Shown here one piece after another: positions 1 through 12,999 of a stretch of 64,000 nucleotides of DNA (position 1 is its first letter; every line of letters starts with the position of its first letter). Position numbers and translations under genes: made by a program. Origin of the DNA: Eutreptiella sp. 'Long Island Sound 2002' (lineage: Eukaryota > Protista > Euglenida); assembly GCA_964036045.1 (NCBI GenBank), contig OZ038378.1, forward strand, positions 50,344,001-50,408,000. Reading direction: 5' to 3'. The notes beneath the pieces are model-generated. The model saw only the letters and a program-made list of their open reading frames with translations, was not told the DNA's origin and did no database searches.

Positions 1-577
1 GTGTGCGGGTGTGGGGGCCCAGCACTGTCCTCTTGGCTTGCATGCCCTGCGGGGGCTGTGTGCCGTGGGGGTGGTGGGGGGCCGTCCCCGGGGGGGGTGG
101 CCTGCCACCGTTGTGAGGGGCGTCTGGCGTCAGGCGCTGTTCCTCCCCCGGCCGCTCGTCCTCTGGGGCGGGCAGCTGGGGTTCCGCGACCCGTGTGTCC
201 CCGGTGCGGTTGGTGCGGGCGCAGGGACCCAGCACCAGCCCCAGAGCGTGCGCCCTTGTGGGCCGGCGTTGCGCGCTGTGGGGTAGGCGGGAGGCCGTCC
301 CCGGGGGGGGTGTGTTCCTCCGTTGTGAGGGGCTTCTGGGGTCGGGCGCTCCCCCTCCCCCGACTGCCCGCCCTCCTGGCGGGCTGTCGGGGTCCACTAC
401 CCACGTGCTGTGGGCGCGGGTGTGCGGGTGTGGGGGCCCAGCACTGTCCCCTTGGCTTGCATGTCCTGTGGGGGCTGCGTGCCGTGGGGGTGGTGGGCAG
501 CCGTCCCCGGGGGGGGTGGCCCGCCATCGTTGTGAGGGGCGTCTGATGTCAGGCGCTGTCCCTCTCCCGGCCGCCCG

Positions 578-3221
578 TGTAATAGGATATCGCAAAATCT
601 GGTTTTGAGAATCTATTTTCCCCGCAAATTCACTGGAACTTGAACAAGTGCTCGAACCGAATCAAAACCGACAAGAACGAGACGAAGGCAAACAAATCAG
701 CACAAATGCAATAACATATTAGCTTTTACGCTATTTGTTCTGCACAAAATGTGATAACATGAATGCAAAACAAAAGCGTACAAATTTACATACCAATACA
801 CATCAATGAACTCATTTCTGTCTTGAGCTCTCTGCGTAATCTGCGTCAATATGACGCGCATGCGTTCTGCTGAGATTCTATGTCCCAAATCTACACTGAA
901 ACAAATCCAGCTACTTTTCTGCAAAATTTATCTCAAAATGCGAACACTCATTACACCCCCTTCCTAAGCTTCATGTTATTTCACAAAATGAAAATCACAT
1001 GACAAGCTGATAAAAATTTAAATGGGTGTGGGCATTGCTGAGCCCTGCAGAAAATACAAAAACGAAAACGAAAACAAACAAAAATGCTGAACACCCCCTT
1101 CCTAGGCTAAGCCATAGGTAGGGTGTCATGGAATGCCTAAAATAGACACTCAGAAAAAAAAATCATCCCACAATCTGCCAACGTGTTTTTTCAAAACTGT
1201 TGTTACAGCTTTTCAAAAACCTGGCGAACAAACAAGAAAGAAAAATAATCTGCACCATGCAGTACAATGCACGAAATGCAAACAAAGGCAATGAATGTGT
1301 ACTGTGCACACTCCACCAAGTTCGCAGGGGAGTTTAGACCCCTGCCAAACCCTATCTACAAAGTGTTGTCTTCTTGTACCTCTCCTCAGTTAGATTATTG
1401 GGATCCTCATCAAAGTCCTTCTGCGATTCAATTGGCCAACCGTTGATGCACCCATCTGCAAACGCACAGTAGCAGGCGATCAACCACATAGCCTTAGGCC
1501 AAAATCAGCCACTTAGGCCCAGGCGAAAATTCGCGGCACATCCACCATAACGCTGTTAGGGTTCGTCGCCCACTGACCACTCTCCTCGCATCGAACTCAG
1601 TTGGATCACATGCTTCCAACCATGAGTTGTACCTGACCAACATGCTTCGAAAGATCTGGTTGGTGTCCTTCATCGTGAGCTTTGCTCGCATCTGCTTGCT
1701 TCTTCTAGAGTCTTGCATTTGCCCTGTTGCCGCGGGCCTTGCGTCTTGGCTTGCCCTCAATTATCTCCTGACAGCGCAACTGTGCCAAATCCTCCAAACA
1801 GCCACGATTGCGAGACTCTTCAAGCTGTAAATTCAATAATGAAACTTGTAATGCTTCCTCCGTGGGCCAGGTCTGTACTGAAACGTGGGAACGCACCTGA
1901 TCCATGACTGGGAATGCATTGTTCGCCGTTTGCTGCTCTGCCTTCTTCTCCAACACGCGTTGCAACGACTCTTCAATCATGGCGGCCAGCTGTTGATGGC
2001 CACCTGAACATACAACCGGTGTAGGTAAAGAAGCAGGATGCGACGACCGTGTAGTGCGCACCAACTGTACTGCTGGCGAAAGCGGCTTTACCTGCTGCGC
2101 TTGACGCGCGCTGACAGCCACAGGGCCACCACGGACAGGTTTTTCAGCCTCTACTTGTAGTACTTGGCGATACACGCGTTCGGCCTGCGGCTCAAACACT
2201 TCTGACAGCGACTCGCCTCGCAGCGCTGCATCCACTAGCACCGTTCGTACCCACGCTGCCATGCGTGCTTGTCTGTTGAGCTCTGACTCATGATAGTCTC
2301 GTGGATGCTCACACTGGGCAGCGAACTCTTGTTGACATACAAGCTGTGGTAGCTTCCATCTGTCTTGACGAGTTCCACCATGCACAGAGGCGTTGAGATT
2401 CCTGATTTCGTCCATATCGCGTCCCACAATGCACACCTGATATCTGAGGATATCAGTTGCTTCCTTGGTGTTCAGCTCCCAACTGGTCCCAAACTGGCGA
2501 CGGTGATGGTAGCGACAAATTTCTCTTCCAGGGTGGTTGCAGCGGTCGAAGTCATACTTCTCGCGCGGTCTACTCTCACACCCGTCCACCTGGAAGAGGT
2601 TGGACGCAAACGTTCCGGACGGTGGATGAACTTCTGCAGTACAGGACGCATCAGTGGCGACAAAAGAAACGTGTCGGCATTGACCACGCCATGCTATAAG
2701 TGCGTTACGCAACGAACTCTCAGTGTTGTACTGTACCGGCTCAGCTTGAGCGATAGCCCTCACGTACACACCAACGTTTGGCATCAGCGCCGATGTTGAC
2801 GGCGCCAGAACCAGTGAACGTAATACGGAATCGACAAAGAGCGTGTGATAGAATATCGCAAAATCTGGTTTTGAGAATCTATTTTCCCCGCAAATTCACT
2901 GGAACTTGAACAAGTGCTCGAACCGAATCAAAAACGACAAGAACGAGACGAAGGCAAACAAATCACCAGAAATGCAATAACATATTAGCTTTTACGCTAT
3001 TTGTTCTGCACAAAATGTGATAACATGAATGCAAAACGAAAGCGTACAAATTTACATACCAATACACATGAAGGAACTCATTTCTATCTTTAGCTCTCTG
3101 CGTAATCTGCGTCAATATGACGCGCATGCGTTCTGCTGAGATTCTATGTCCCAAATCTACACTGAAACAAATCCAGCTACTTTTCTGCAAAATTTATCTC
3201 AAAATGCCAACACTCATTAGA
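578..3221 (-). mobile_element. Small non-autonomous LTR retroelement (TRIM/LARD-like), 2644 bp
   Basis: Direct repeats at 578-955 and 2844-3221 (378 bp each, about 12 mismatches by hand count). The left copy has TGTAAT...ATTACA ends. GCCCG is duplicated at 573-577 and 3222-3226. A polypurine tract (AGGAAGGGGG on minus, 956-965) abuts the 3' LTR. Confidence 0.92.
1705..2784 (-). CDS. 359-aa ORF inside the LTR element, putative gag-like protein
   Basis: Long non-repetitive ORF on the strand predicted by the PPT. No RT, RNase H or integrase motifs are visible. The gag call is from position only. Confidence 0.55.
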   Translation of the reverse strand: MPNVGVYVRAIAQAEPVQYNTESSLRNALIAWRGQCRHVSFVATDASCTAEVHPPSGTFASNLFQVDGCESRPREKYDFDRCNHPGREICRYHHRRQFGTSWELNTKEATDILRYQVCIVGRDMDEIRNLNASVHGGTRQDRWKLPQLVCQQEFAAQCEHPRDYHESELNRQARMAAWVRTVLVDAALRGESLSEVFEPQAERVYRQVLQVEAEKPVRGGPVAVSARQAQQVKPLSPAVQLVRTTRSSHPASLPTPVVCSGGHQQLAAMIEESLQRVLEKKAEQQTANNAFPVMDQVRSHVSVQTWPTEEALQVSLLNLQLEESRNRGCLEDLAQLRCQEIIEGKPRRKARGNRANARL

Positions 3222-6200
3222 GCCCGTCCCCTGGGGCGGGCAGCCGGGGTTCCGCGACCCCTGTGTCCCGGGTGCGGTTGGTGTGGGCGATGCGACCCTG
3301 CCCCTGCCTCACGGCGTGCGCCCTTGCGGGCCCTTGCGGAAGGGTGTCCCCGGGGGGGCCGCCTTTCGCCGTTGTGAGGGGGTCTGGGGTTGGGCGCTTC
3401 CCCTCCCCCGACTGCCCGCCCTCCGGGTGGGCTGTCGGGGTCCGCCACCCACGTGCTGTGGGCGCGGGTGTGCGGGCGTGGGGGCCCAGCACTGTCCCCT
3501 TGGCTTGCATGCCCTGTTGCGGCTGCGTGCCGCGGGAGTGGTGGGGGGCCGTCCCTGGGGGGGGTGGCCTGCCACCCTTGTGAGGGGCGGCTGGTGTCAG
3601 GCGCTGTCCCTCCCCCGGCCGCCTGTTCTTTGGGGCGGGCAGCCGGGGTTCCGCGACCCGTGTGTCCCGGGTGCGGTTGGTGTGGGCGTGGGGGCCCAGC
3701 ACCGGCCCCACAGCGTGCGCCCTTGCGGGCCGGCATTGTGCGCTGCGGGGGTGGCGGAAGGGCGTCCCCGGGGGGGGGTGCCTTTCACCGTTGTGAGGGG
3801 CGTCTGAGGTCAGTCGCTCCCCCTCCCCCGACTACCCGCCCTCCGGGTGGGCTGTCGGGGTCCGCTCGCCACGTGCTGGGGGCGCGGGTGTGCGGGTGTG
3901 GGGGCCCAGCACTGTCCCCTTGGCTTGCATGCCCTTTGGAGGCTGCGTGCTGCGGAGAGTGGGGGGCCGTCCCCGGGGGGGGTGGCCTGCACAGAATGTG
4001 AGGGGCGTCTGGTGTCAGGCGCTGTCCCTCCCCCGGCCGCCCGTCCTCTAGGGCGGGCGGCCGGGGTTCCGCGACCCGTGTGTCCCGGGTGCGGTTGGTG
4101 CGGGCGTGGGGACCCGGCACCGGCCCCACAGCGTGCGCCCCTGCGGGCCGGCGTTGCGGGCTGTGGGGGTGGCGGAAGGGCGTCCCCGGGGGGGGCGCCT
4201 TTCACCGTTGTGAGGGGCGTCTGAGGTCAGGCGCTCCCCCTCCCCCGACTGCCCCCCCTTGGGGCGGGCTGTTCGGGTCCGCAACCCACGTGCTGTGGGC
4301 GTGGGTTTGCGGGTGTGGGGGCCCAGTACTGTCCCTTTGGCTTGCATGCCCTGTGGGGGCTGCGTGCCGCGGGGGTGGTGGGGGGCCGTCCCCGGGGGGG
4401 GTGGCCTGTCACCGTTGTGAGGGGCGTCTGGTGTCAGGCGCTGTCCCTCCCCCGGCCGCCCGTCCTTTGGGGCGGGCAGCCGGGGTTCCGCGACCCGCAT
4501 GTCCCGGGTGCGGTTGGTGCGGGCATGAGGACCCAGCACCGGCCCCACAGCGTGCGCCCTTGCGGGCCGGCGTTGCACGCCGTGGGGGTGGTGGAAGGGC
4601 GTCCCCGGGGGGGGGTGCCTTTCGCCGTTGTGAGGGGCGTCTGAGGTCAGGCGCTCCCCCTCCCCCGACTGCCCGTTCTCCGGGCGGGGCTGTCGGGGTC
4701 CGCCACCCACGTGCTGTGGGTGCGAACCCCTCTGCCCGCCCCAGAGGACAGGCGGCCGGGGGAGGGACAGCCCCTGACACCAGACGCCCCTCACAACGGT
4801 GGCAGGCCACCCCCCCCAGGGACGGCGCCCCACCACCCCCGCGGCACGCAGGCCCCACAGGGCATGCAAGCCAAGGGGACAGTGCTGGGCCCCCACACCC
4901 GCACACCCGCGCCCACAGCACGTGGGTGGCGGACCCCGACAGCCCGCCCCAATGGGGGGCAGTCGGGGGAGGGGGGGCGCCTGACCTCAGACGCCCCTCA
5001 CGACGGCGAAAGGCAACCCCCCCGGGGACGCCCTTCCGCCAGCCCCAAAGCGCGCAACGCCGGCCCGCAAGGGTGCACGCTGTGGGGCCGGTGCTGGGTC
5101 CCCACGCCCGTACCAACCGCACCCGGGACACGCGGGTTGCGGAACCCCGGCCGCCCGGCCCAGAGGACGGGCGGCCGGGGGAGGGACAGCGCCTGACACC
5201 AGACGCCCCTCACAACGGTGGCAGGCCACCCCCCCCAGGGACGGCGCCCCACCACCCCCGCGGCACGCAGGCCCCACAGGGCATGCAAGCCAAGGGGACA
5301 GTGCTGGGCCCCCACACCCGCACACCCGCGCCCACAGCACGTGGGTGGCGGACCCCGACAGCCCGCCCCAATGGGGGGCAGTCGGGGGAGGGGGGGCGCC
5401 TGACCTCAGACGCCCCTCACAATGGCAAAAGGCATCCCCCCTGGGGGACGCCCTTCCGCCACCCCCACAGGGCGCAACGCCGGCCCGCGAGGGCGCACGC
5501 TGTGGGGCCGATGCCTGGTCCCCACGCCCGCACCAACCGCACCCGGGACACACGGGTCGCGGAACCCTGGCGGCCCGCCCCAGAGGACGGGCGGCCGGGG
5601 GAGGGACAGCGCCTGACACCAGAGGCCCCTCAAAACGGTGGCACGCCACCCCCCCCGGGGACGGCCCCCCACCACCCCTGCGGCACGCAGCCCCCACAGG
5701 GGGTGCAAGCCAAGGGGACAGTGCTAAGGGACCCGTGTGTCCCGGGTGCGGTTGGTGCGGGCGTGGGGACTCAGCACCGGCCCCACAGCGCGCACCCTTG
5801 CGGGCCGGCGTTGCTCGCTGTGGGGCTGGCGGAAGGGCGTCCCCGGGGGGGGTGCCTTTCACCGTTGTGAGGGGCGTCTGAGGTCAGGCGCTCCCCCTCC
5901 CCCGACTGCCCCTCATTGGGGCGGGCTGTTCGGGTCCGCCACCCACGTGCTGTGGGCGTGGGTGTGCGGCTGTGGGGGCCCAGCACTGTCCCCTTGGCTT
6001 GCATGCCCTGTCGGGGCTGCGTGCCGCGGGGGTGGTGGGGGGCCGTCCCCGGGGGGGTTGGCCTGCCACCGTTGTGAGGGGCGTCTGGTGTCAGGTGCTG
6101 TCCCTCCCCCGGCCGCCCGTCCTCTGGGCCGGGCGGCCGGGGTTCCGCAACCCGCGTGTCCCGGGTGCGGTTGGTACGGGCGTGGGGACCCAGCACCGGC

Positions 6201-7519
6201 CCCACAGCGTGCACCCTTGCGGGCCGGCGTTGCGCGCTTTGGGGCTGGCGGAAGGGCGTCCCCGGGGGGGTTGCCTTTCGCCGTCGTGAGGGGCGTCTGA
6301 GGTCAGGCGCTCCCCCTCTCCCGGCTGCCCGCCCTCCGGGCGGGCTGTCAGGGTCCACTACCCACGTGTTGTGGGCCCGGGTGTGCGGCTGTGGGCGCCC
6401 AGCACTGTCCCCTTGGCTTGCATGCCCTGTCGGGGCTGCGTGCCGCGGGGGCGGTGGGGGGCCGTCCCCGGGGGGGTTAGCATGCCACCTTTGTGAGGGG
6501 CATCTGGTGTCAGGCGCTGTCCCTCCCCCGGCCGCCCGTCCTCTGGGGCGGGCGGCCGGGATTCCGCGACCCGTGTGTCCCGGGTGCGGTTGGTGCGGGC
6601 GTGGGGACCCAGCACCGGCCCCACAGCGTGCGCCCTTGCGGGCCGGCGTTGCGCGCTGTGGGGGTGGCGGAAGGGCGTCCCCGGGGGGGGTGCCTTTCGC
6701 CGTTGTGAGGGGCGTCTGGGGTCAGGCGCTCCCCCTCCCCTGACTGCCCGCCCTCCGGGCGGGCTGTTGGGGTCCGCTACCCACGTGCTGTGGGCGTGGG
6801 TGTGCGGCTGTGGGGCCCCTGCACTGGCCCCGTGGCTCACGTGCCCTGTGGGGGGCTGCGCGCCACAGGGGTGGCGGGGGGCGTCTGGGTTCAGGCGCCC
6901 CCCCTTCCCTGCTACCCGCCCTCCGGGCGGGCTGTCGGGGCCCACTGGCCACGTGCTGTGGGCGCGGGTGTGGGTGTGTGCGGTGTGTGTGGTGCCTGTG
7001 CTGTGCGTGCCGCGGTGCGTGGTGTTGCCTTTCCCCTGCCCCCTGGTGCCCCCCTCTCCGGTGCTTCGTTGCGGTGTTGTGCTGGCCGTGTGCTTGCCGT
7101 GCCCCATTCCCTGCGCGCGTCCCTTGCTCGGCTGCTGGCTACCCCCTGTTTCTTTCGTGGCTTCGTCGCTCTTTACACTTTCTTCTACTCTCCGCTGGCT
7201 CGCCCTCCTCCCTGGCATGCACTTTTTCCCTGCCTCCGCCCTGGTGTGTGTCTCGGTCTTTTTCCTTGCCTGCTTTCTTGCTCCCGGTTCCTGGGCCCTC
7301 TTCTTTCTCTCCTGTTGGGTCCTGTGAGACAGGGGGAGGATGGGGTGTGTGTTGGCTGTCGGGCGGCGGCTCCCTACGGTTACTAGGTAACATACTTGCG
7401 CTTGTCTCTTTACCCATGTTGGCGCCTTTATCGTTGCGTTCTCCGTTGCGTGGCACGTAACATACCTGTGTCTGCACTTGTGTTTGCGTGTGTGCGGAAA
7501 CTCTTCACCCTTCTTGTCA

Positions 7520-8800
7520 TACCATGGTGCTTGTTGCGTCACGCTTCCTCCTGCGTTGATGGCCTACAGAGAGAGGGAGGAGGGTGGTTTTCTTGGCGTC
7601 TTCTTGGCCGGCGGGTGCGCTGGCGTGGCGGTGTTGTTCACTTCGTTCTCTTAGTCTGTCCTTGGCCATCCCATTCTCGTGGCGTTCGCGGCGGCGTCTT
7701 CGGGCTCGTGCTTCCTCGCCATACCTTGCTTGTGCATGCTAGCGTGTGTGGGCATACCACTTGCTCTTTTTGTGCTCTCGGGCTTGTGGTTTGTGTGTTT
7801 GGTGGCGGTGGTGTGCCCTCCGGTGGCGTGTGGCTCCCTTCTCTCGGTTTTGTGGGGGTGGGTGCTCTTCATACCATCACTTCTTTCCGCATGGGCTGCC
7901 CATTAGGTATTCCCTCATACCACTCATGTTCCGTTCCTCGGTGTTGGCGGCCTTTCGTTCTTCGTGTGTTCTTTGGCGGTGTCCACGTTTTCTTCGGCGT
8001 TGGCGGCTTCCTCCCGCGTTGATGGCCTATGGAGAGAGGGAGGAGGGTGTTTTTCATGGCGCTTTTTCGGTCGGCGGGTGCGCTGGCTTGGCGGCGTTGT
8101 GTGTGTACTCCGTTCTCGTAGTCCATCCTTGGTCCTTCTATCCTCGTTGTATTTGCGGGTTCGTGCTCCCTCGCCATACCTCGCTTGTGTTTGTTTGCGC
8201 GCGTGGGCATACCACTCTTGCTCTTTTTGCGCCCTCAGGTTTGTGGTTTGCGTGTTTGGTGGCGGTGGTGTGCTCTCCGGTGGCGTGTGGCTCCCTTCTC
8301 TCGGTTTCGTGGGGGTGCCCTGCATACCATCACTTCTCTCCGCTTGGGCTGCCCATTAGGTATTCCCTCATACCATCCTTGTTCCGTTCCGCGGTGTTGG
8401 CGGCCTCCTGTTCTTCGTGTGATCTTCGGCGGTGTCCATAATTTCTTCGGCGTTGGCGGCCTATAGAGTGTACGTGTTCGGGAAAGGAGAAAGGGGTGGT
8501 TCTGGTGGCGGTTTCTTGGTTGGTGGGCGCTTTGGCGCCGTGGTTCGCATGTGTCTCCGTTAGCGGCGGCCCTTGTTGTGTACTTTCATACATACCTTTT
8601 GGCGCTTGCGGCGGCATATATGTGTGCGGGCATAACTCTTGCTCTTCTTGTGCCCTTGGGTATGTGGTATATGTGTTTTGTGGCGGTGGTGCGCTCTCTG
8701 GTGGCGTGTGGTTCCCTCCTTTCGGTTACGTGCGGGTGTCCCTCATACCATGCTTCTTTCCTCCGTGCGGACGGCCTAGAGTATAGAGAGCATAGAACGC
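7520..8800. repeat. Degenerate tandem duplication, unit about 460-470 bp, about 3 copies
   Basis: GCGTTGATGGCCTA..GAGAGAGGGAGGAGGGTG recurs at about 7555 and 8020. GGTGGCGTGTGGCTCCCTTCTCTCGGTTT recurs at about 7822 and 8280, with a variant near 8700. Confidence 0.75.
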
Positions 8801-9139
8801 ATACGTGGGTGGTTGGGCGGCGGCGTGGTGCTCGTGGCGGTGGTTTGTTTGGTGGCGCGTCTCCTTGTTTATACCCTGTTGTGCTTGCGGCGGCTCTCAC
8901 GGCGTGCGTGCATGGGCATACCTCATGGCTGCTTGGCGCCCGCGGGCACTCTTGCATGTGTTTCATGTTGTGGTGTACCTTTTTCTATTTTTCCGTGTGG
9001 CGCTTTGCGTTTGGGGGGTCTCTTCCCCTTTATTTTCACACACCTTGCTTGTCTCATGGCGTCCTCGTCCTATGCGTGCGGGGGATGGTAGCGGGCGTGC
9101 TGTGCTGTTACCGCGCGCAACAGTAGTTTGAGGCGTCCA

Positions 9140-9840
9140 TGGATCCGCCCATGAGCCAGAGACACCACGTACGGAAAACAGAGGGCGCGCACACGCTCAT
9201 TGAACACCAACGAGACACGGAGACCGCACGCGCAAGAAAAAAGGCAAGCACACCGGTGACCGAGCGCCAAAGAGCCAAGGCTACCGCGCAGTCAACGCAC
9301 AAGGCAAGCACACCAGGAAATGAGCACCAGTGCGCCATGCATACGGTACACGCAACGCACAAGGCGCGCACACTAGTGAACAAATGCCACGGAGCCATAA
9401 ACACCACACACGCAATACATAAGGTGTGCACACCAGCAAACCGGCGCCGAGGAGCCACGGACACCACACAGGCAACACACAAGGCACGCCCTGCGTTGAA
9501 CAATCTCCAAGGAGCCACGGACACCGCACACGCAACACACACGGCATGCACACTGTTGAAAAGGCGCAAGGGAGCCAAGGCCACCGCGCAGGCAACGCAC
9601 AAGGCGCGCACACCGGTGAACAAAGGCTAAGGAGCCATGGACACCGTCCACGCAATGCACAGGGTGCGCAAACTGTAAGCCGTTGCCACTTAGCCATAGA
9701 CACAGCAAACACAACGCACAAGGCGTGGGCAGCGGGGAAAGAGCGCTAGGAAGCCATGGGAACCGCACACACAGCGACCGTGCGCGCGAAGTGGTGACGG
9801 GGCGGCAAGGGGCCATGAACACGGTACACACACGCGCCTC
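9140..9840 (+). repeat. 60-bp minisatellite, about 11 degenerate copies
   Basis: Consecutive 60-base lines 9241-9780 align (AAGGC.CGCACACC...GGAGCCA.GGACACC.CACACGCAACGCAC). One frame translates as 20-aa repeats such as HKARTPVNKCHGAINTTHAI. Confidence 0.88.
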
Positions 9841-11479
9841 AAGGGAGGACAAGGTACGTGTTACACCGAACGACACCCCCTGTGTCGGACACACTTAGGC
9901 GACCGAGCCAATCCACCGGGCTAGGGGCGACAGCTGTACCCCAAGGCCTGTGGCCCAAGCCCGGCCACACTGCATCGGGGACCATGGCAAACGTCACCCG
10001 GAGTACGCATCTAAGTAGGGCAGTAAAATTGAACATTCAATGCAAAAAACGTCACAAGGAGCGATGGAAGCAATCAGTGACAAGCGCGCCGGTACCAAGT
10101 CTAGGAGGGGGCTGTCTGCCAAGCAACTGGACCCCGCTACTCTAGCCAAGCTGCCTCTGAAGCCGCCCCCGGAGGTGCCTAGGAAGACAGTATCGCGGCC
10201 AACCGGTCTGGGTGTCCCAATTGAGAGCGTATCGCCACATATGTCGAGAGGGTAGGCCCACAGGTCCCCTTCTTTGGGCGCCAACTGTATCAGGCTGATT
10301 AGTCTTGTGGCGTATCTCTCACCACAAGACCTTCTTCCTGCGTTATCAAAGGAGGCATCCGGAGCTCCCGAAGATACTTACCTACCTATCCTACCTACCC
10401 GATCCTACAGATGCTGATGCTGTTGATGCGCACGGCATGCATACAAGTCACACTTTAGAGTAGCTACAACACAACCATTTTCGAGCAACATGCGAGATGG
10501 CTACACAAGACGCTTTGGACGGAGAATACTTTTTCAACTTTTTTTTGCGCCACAATCATCGTTCATTAAGGGATCCGCACATACGGGACCTTAGCAATCA
10601 GATGGCCGCACACTCCCGTATACCGCAACCAACCTTTGTTTGGTCATCCTAGAACGGCCATTCACCACATTTTCAACCTCAGATCGGATTACTGGGCCAC
10701 GCAAGTGTTGGGCACTGGGTTTGGACCTCCTCACAATGGAGGTTACGGGTTCAGTTGTTTGCTGTAGGCTGCGTGGCACTTCGAGGGCGCTGTTGGGCCT
10801 CATTGCAAAAGGCGGGGGGGGGGGGGGGTTGGACAGATGCCCTCCCATAAAAACATCCACACACCCATCATCATTCCAGCCCACATTGCCATCCCCATCG
10901 CAGTCCTCATCCGAGCAGCACCCCTCAAACTCCCAGCACCACCTATCCAAACACGCACTGCTCGCATAGGTGCTAGCTCGTTGAGTCATCCCTAGGATGG
11001 CATGGCGTGAGGTCACCGATATTGTGAAAAAGATAGAAAATGAAGCATTATGACCGTAAAGGGGAAGGCGCACAACAACAGACACTACCTTGTCAATTCA
11101 AAAGCACCATTGAGGACGAGACGCAGGACCAACGGAACACGCTTAGTAGATCTCTAATGTCCGGAGCCACATCCAGAGAGAAAGTGCAAGACGCAAAGGG
11201 CGACTAGGGAAAGATGGCGACACACCAACCTCATATGTCTCAATCTTGCTGTGCATCCTCCCCTGCTTCAAAGGTTTCTGGAACGATGGCATTTTTGTTG
11301 AATTGCTTCATTTCTTTTTGCCCTTCATCGTCTATTATGAGCTTTACCGTGATCATACTGGCGGGTGGCCCCACACGTGGGACTGCCGTGTCTCCGTCCG
11401 CATTGGGGCCACGGTAGTCCTCATCCGTCTCAGGCAATCTGGAGGGTTGTACACTTGGTGTCATGCCTCTTAGTTGCCT

Positions 11480-12700
11480 TTTCTGAAGTGATACATATCT
11501 TCGGGCTCCAACTAATTCTCACTTTGGTCTACCGCATGATGGGTCATGCAATATGTTGCACATTTGCGCAATCTCTAAACATTGTGATTTGGAAAAAAGT
11601 ATGTGCACGGTCAAGATTTGACATGAATACCTCCGTTAAAGATGCGCACAGTAGTCGCGAAGAAAGTGGATTGGGCATTCGTTGGCTTCGAATACCTATC
11701 TATAAAGACAATGCTGACATAGCAATCAAAGCCCGCTAGCTTGAAGGACCTGTTGGGATCACACAGTTTTTGCGTGATTCCTACATATCTCTACATTAAG
11801 TTCATTTAAATCAGTTTTCCGTCAATGCTATCCATGTCTTAGGCCTCCATGCCCATGGCACTGGTTCCGCAAACACTTGGCGAGCCGCTACTCTTCGCTA
11901 AGAAGAAACAGTTTACACCAAGTTTTGTCCAGACAGAGGATTCAAGTTGTATCGTTTCCCCGGAATCCTGCTATAACCTCATGCATTGGTTGTGCGAGTA
12001 GAGTGGGGAGATGCAGCTCCATATGATAGACAGCAATCAATTGTGAATGCATGCTCCAATTGTTGTCTTTGACTCCAATCAACATACTGCTGTAGATTTT
12101 TAGCGACCGTCCAAAATCATCAAAAACCTTCCTGCAATTGTAGAATTAGTACACTTCCTTGGTGCCAATGAGCTGAGTTTGCATTACCATGTGAAAATTC
12201 TCTGAGAGTGGGGATCTGTTGACGCTTTGGATGTTGTACAGCCTTGCGCTAGTGCGCTTCATGTCTACTTGGACGGTTCACGGCCGCCGTAAGCGCAATC
12301 GGCGGCCATCGTTTACTTTTCTATCCGTAATACTTTGGTGTCCCCGAGTCTCTTTTTGTAAATGTTTTAAATTGTGTGCTATATACTTTGCTATTTGCTC
12401 TGCGGTATTTGGTGAAATTGGGGTCCTTTAGAGATGTTCATTTCTTCACGGACAATGCGGAGGTGGCACATGCCTTCTACAATATTCAAATCGGCGGCAC
12501 TTGTCCAATCACCACAGAAGCAATCGGTAATATGGTGCTATCACTGCTGGTCACACTACGATAAACCTCTTTTGAACGAAATGTCCGTTGCATCACGGCA
12601 CACGTGGGATCTGAGGGGAAGAAGTGTGCAGCTCGGTTGTCTAGGTGGGTGCCACCAATCTCCTTTCCAAACCTCTAATTGGGTGTTTCACCTTGGGAAC
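11480..12700 (+). pseudogene. Degenerate non-LTR retrotransposon remnant: RT C-terminal region plus RNase H
   Basis: IWKKVC...SGLGIRWL resembles the GGLG motif after non-LTR RT domains. Downstream YLDGS (about 12265), KLCAIYFAI, FFTDNAEV and TAHVGSEG follow RNase H motif order, with stops and frameshifts. Confidence 0.55.
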
Positions 12701-12999
12701 AACCGCGACCATGGGACATGTTCCGCCTGACCATCTATGTTCTCGGCCCCCTAGACACGATCACCTAGGCTTACAAAAAGCGTCTAGCTCAGATGAATGC
12801 AGCTTAGTGGTGCGCGAGCACCCAAATAATGAAAACTCCTAACCAAACCCAACAATTGAAGGAGGAAAAAGACCCTTGTGCCTCTTCTTTGTCATTGGTA
12901 TTAAACACAAAAATGTGACAGCAGCAGCAAACCATGTTGACCAGCGTTGTACGGGATTCAACCATCCGCAGGCGCTTGGGGAATCAGTCGATAAATAGA

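Larger units (their letters stand above)
1..6960. repeat. GC-rich tandem satellite, unit about 419 bp, interrupted by an LTR element (578-3221) and containing an inverted block (about 4722-5725)
   Basis: TGTCCCGGGTGCGGTTGGTGCGGG recurs at about 4081/4500 and 5737/6156/6575 (period 419). The many overlapping Gly/Pro/Arg/Cys-rich ORFs here simply repeat with this period. Confidence 0.93.

Noticed and set aside
1-6960. Many long ORFs (up to 596 aa) in the satellite
   Set aside because: They occur in all six frames, repeat with the 419-bp period and reflect stop-poor GC-rich DNA.
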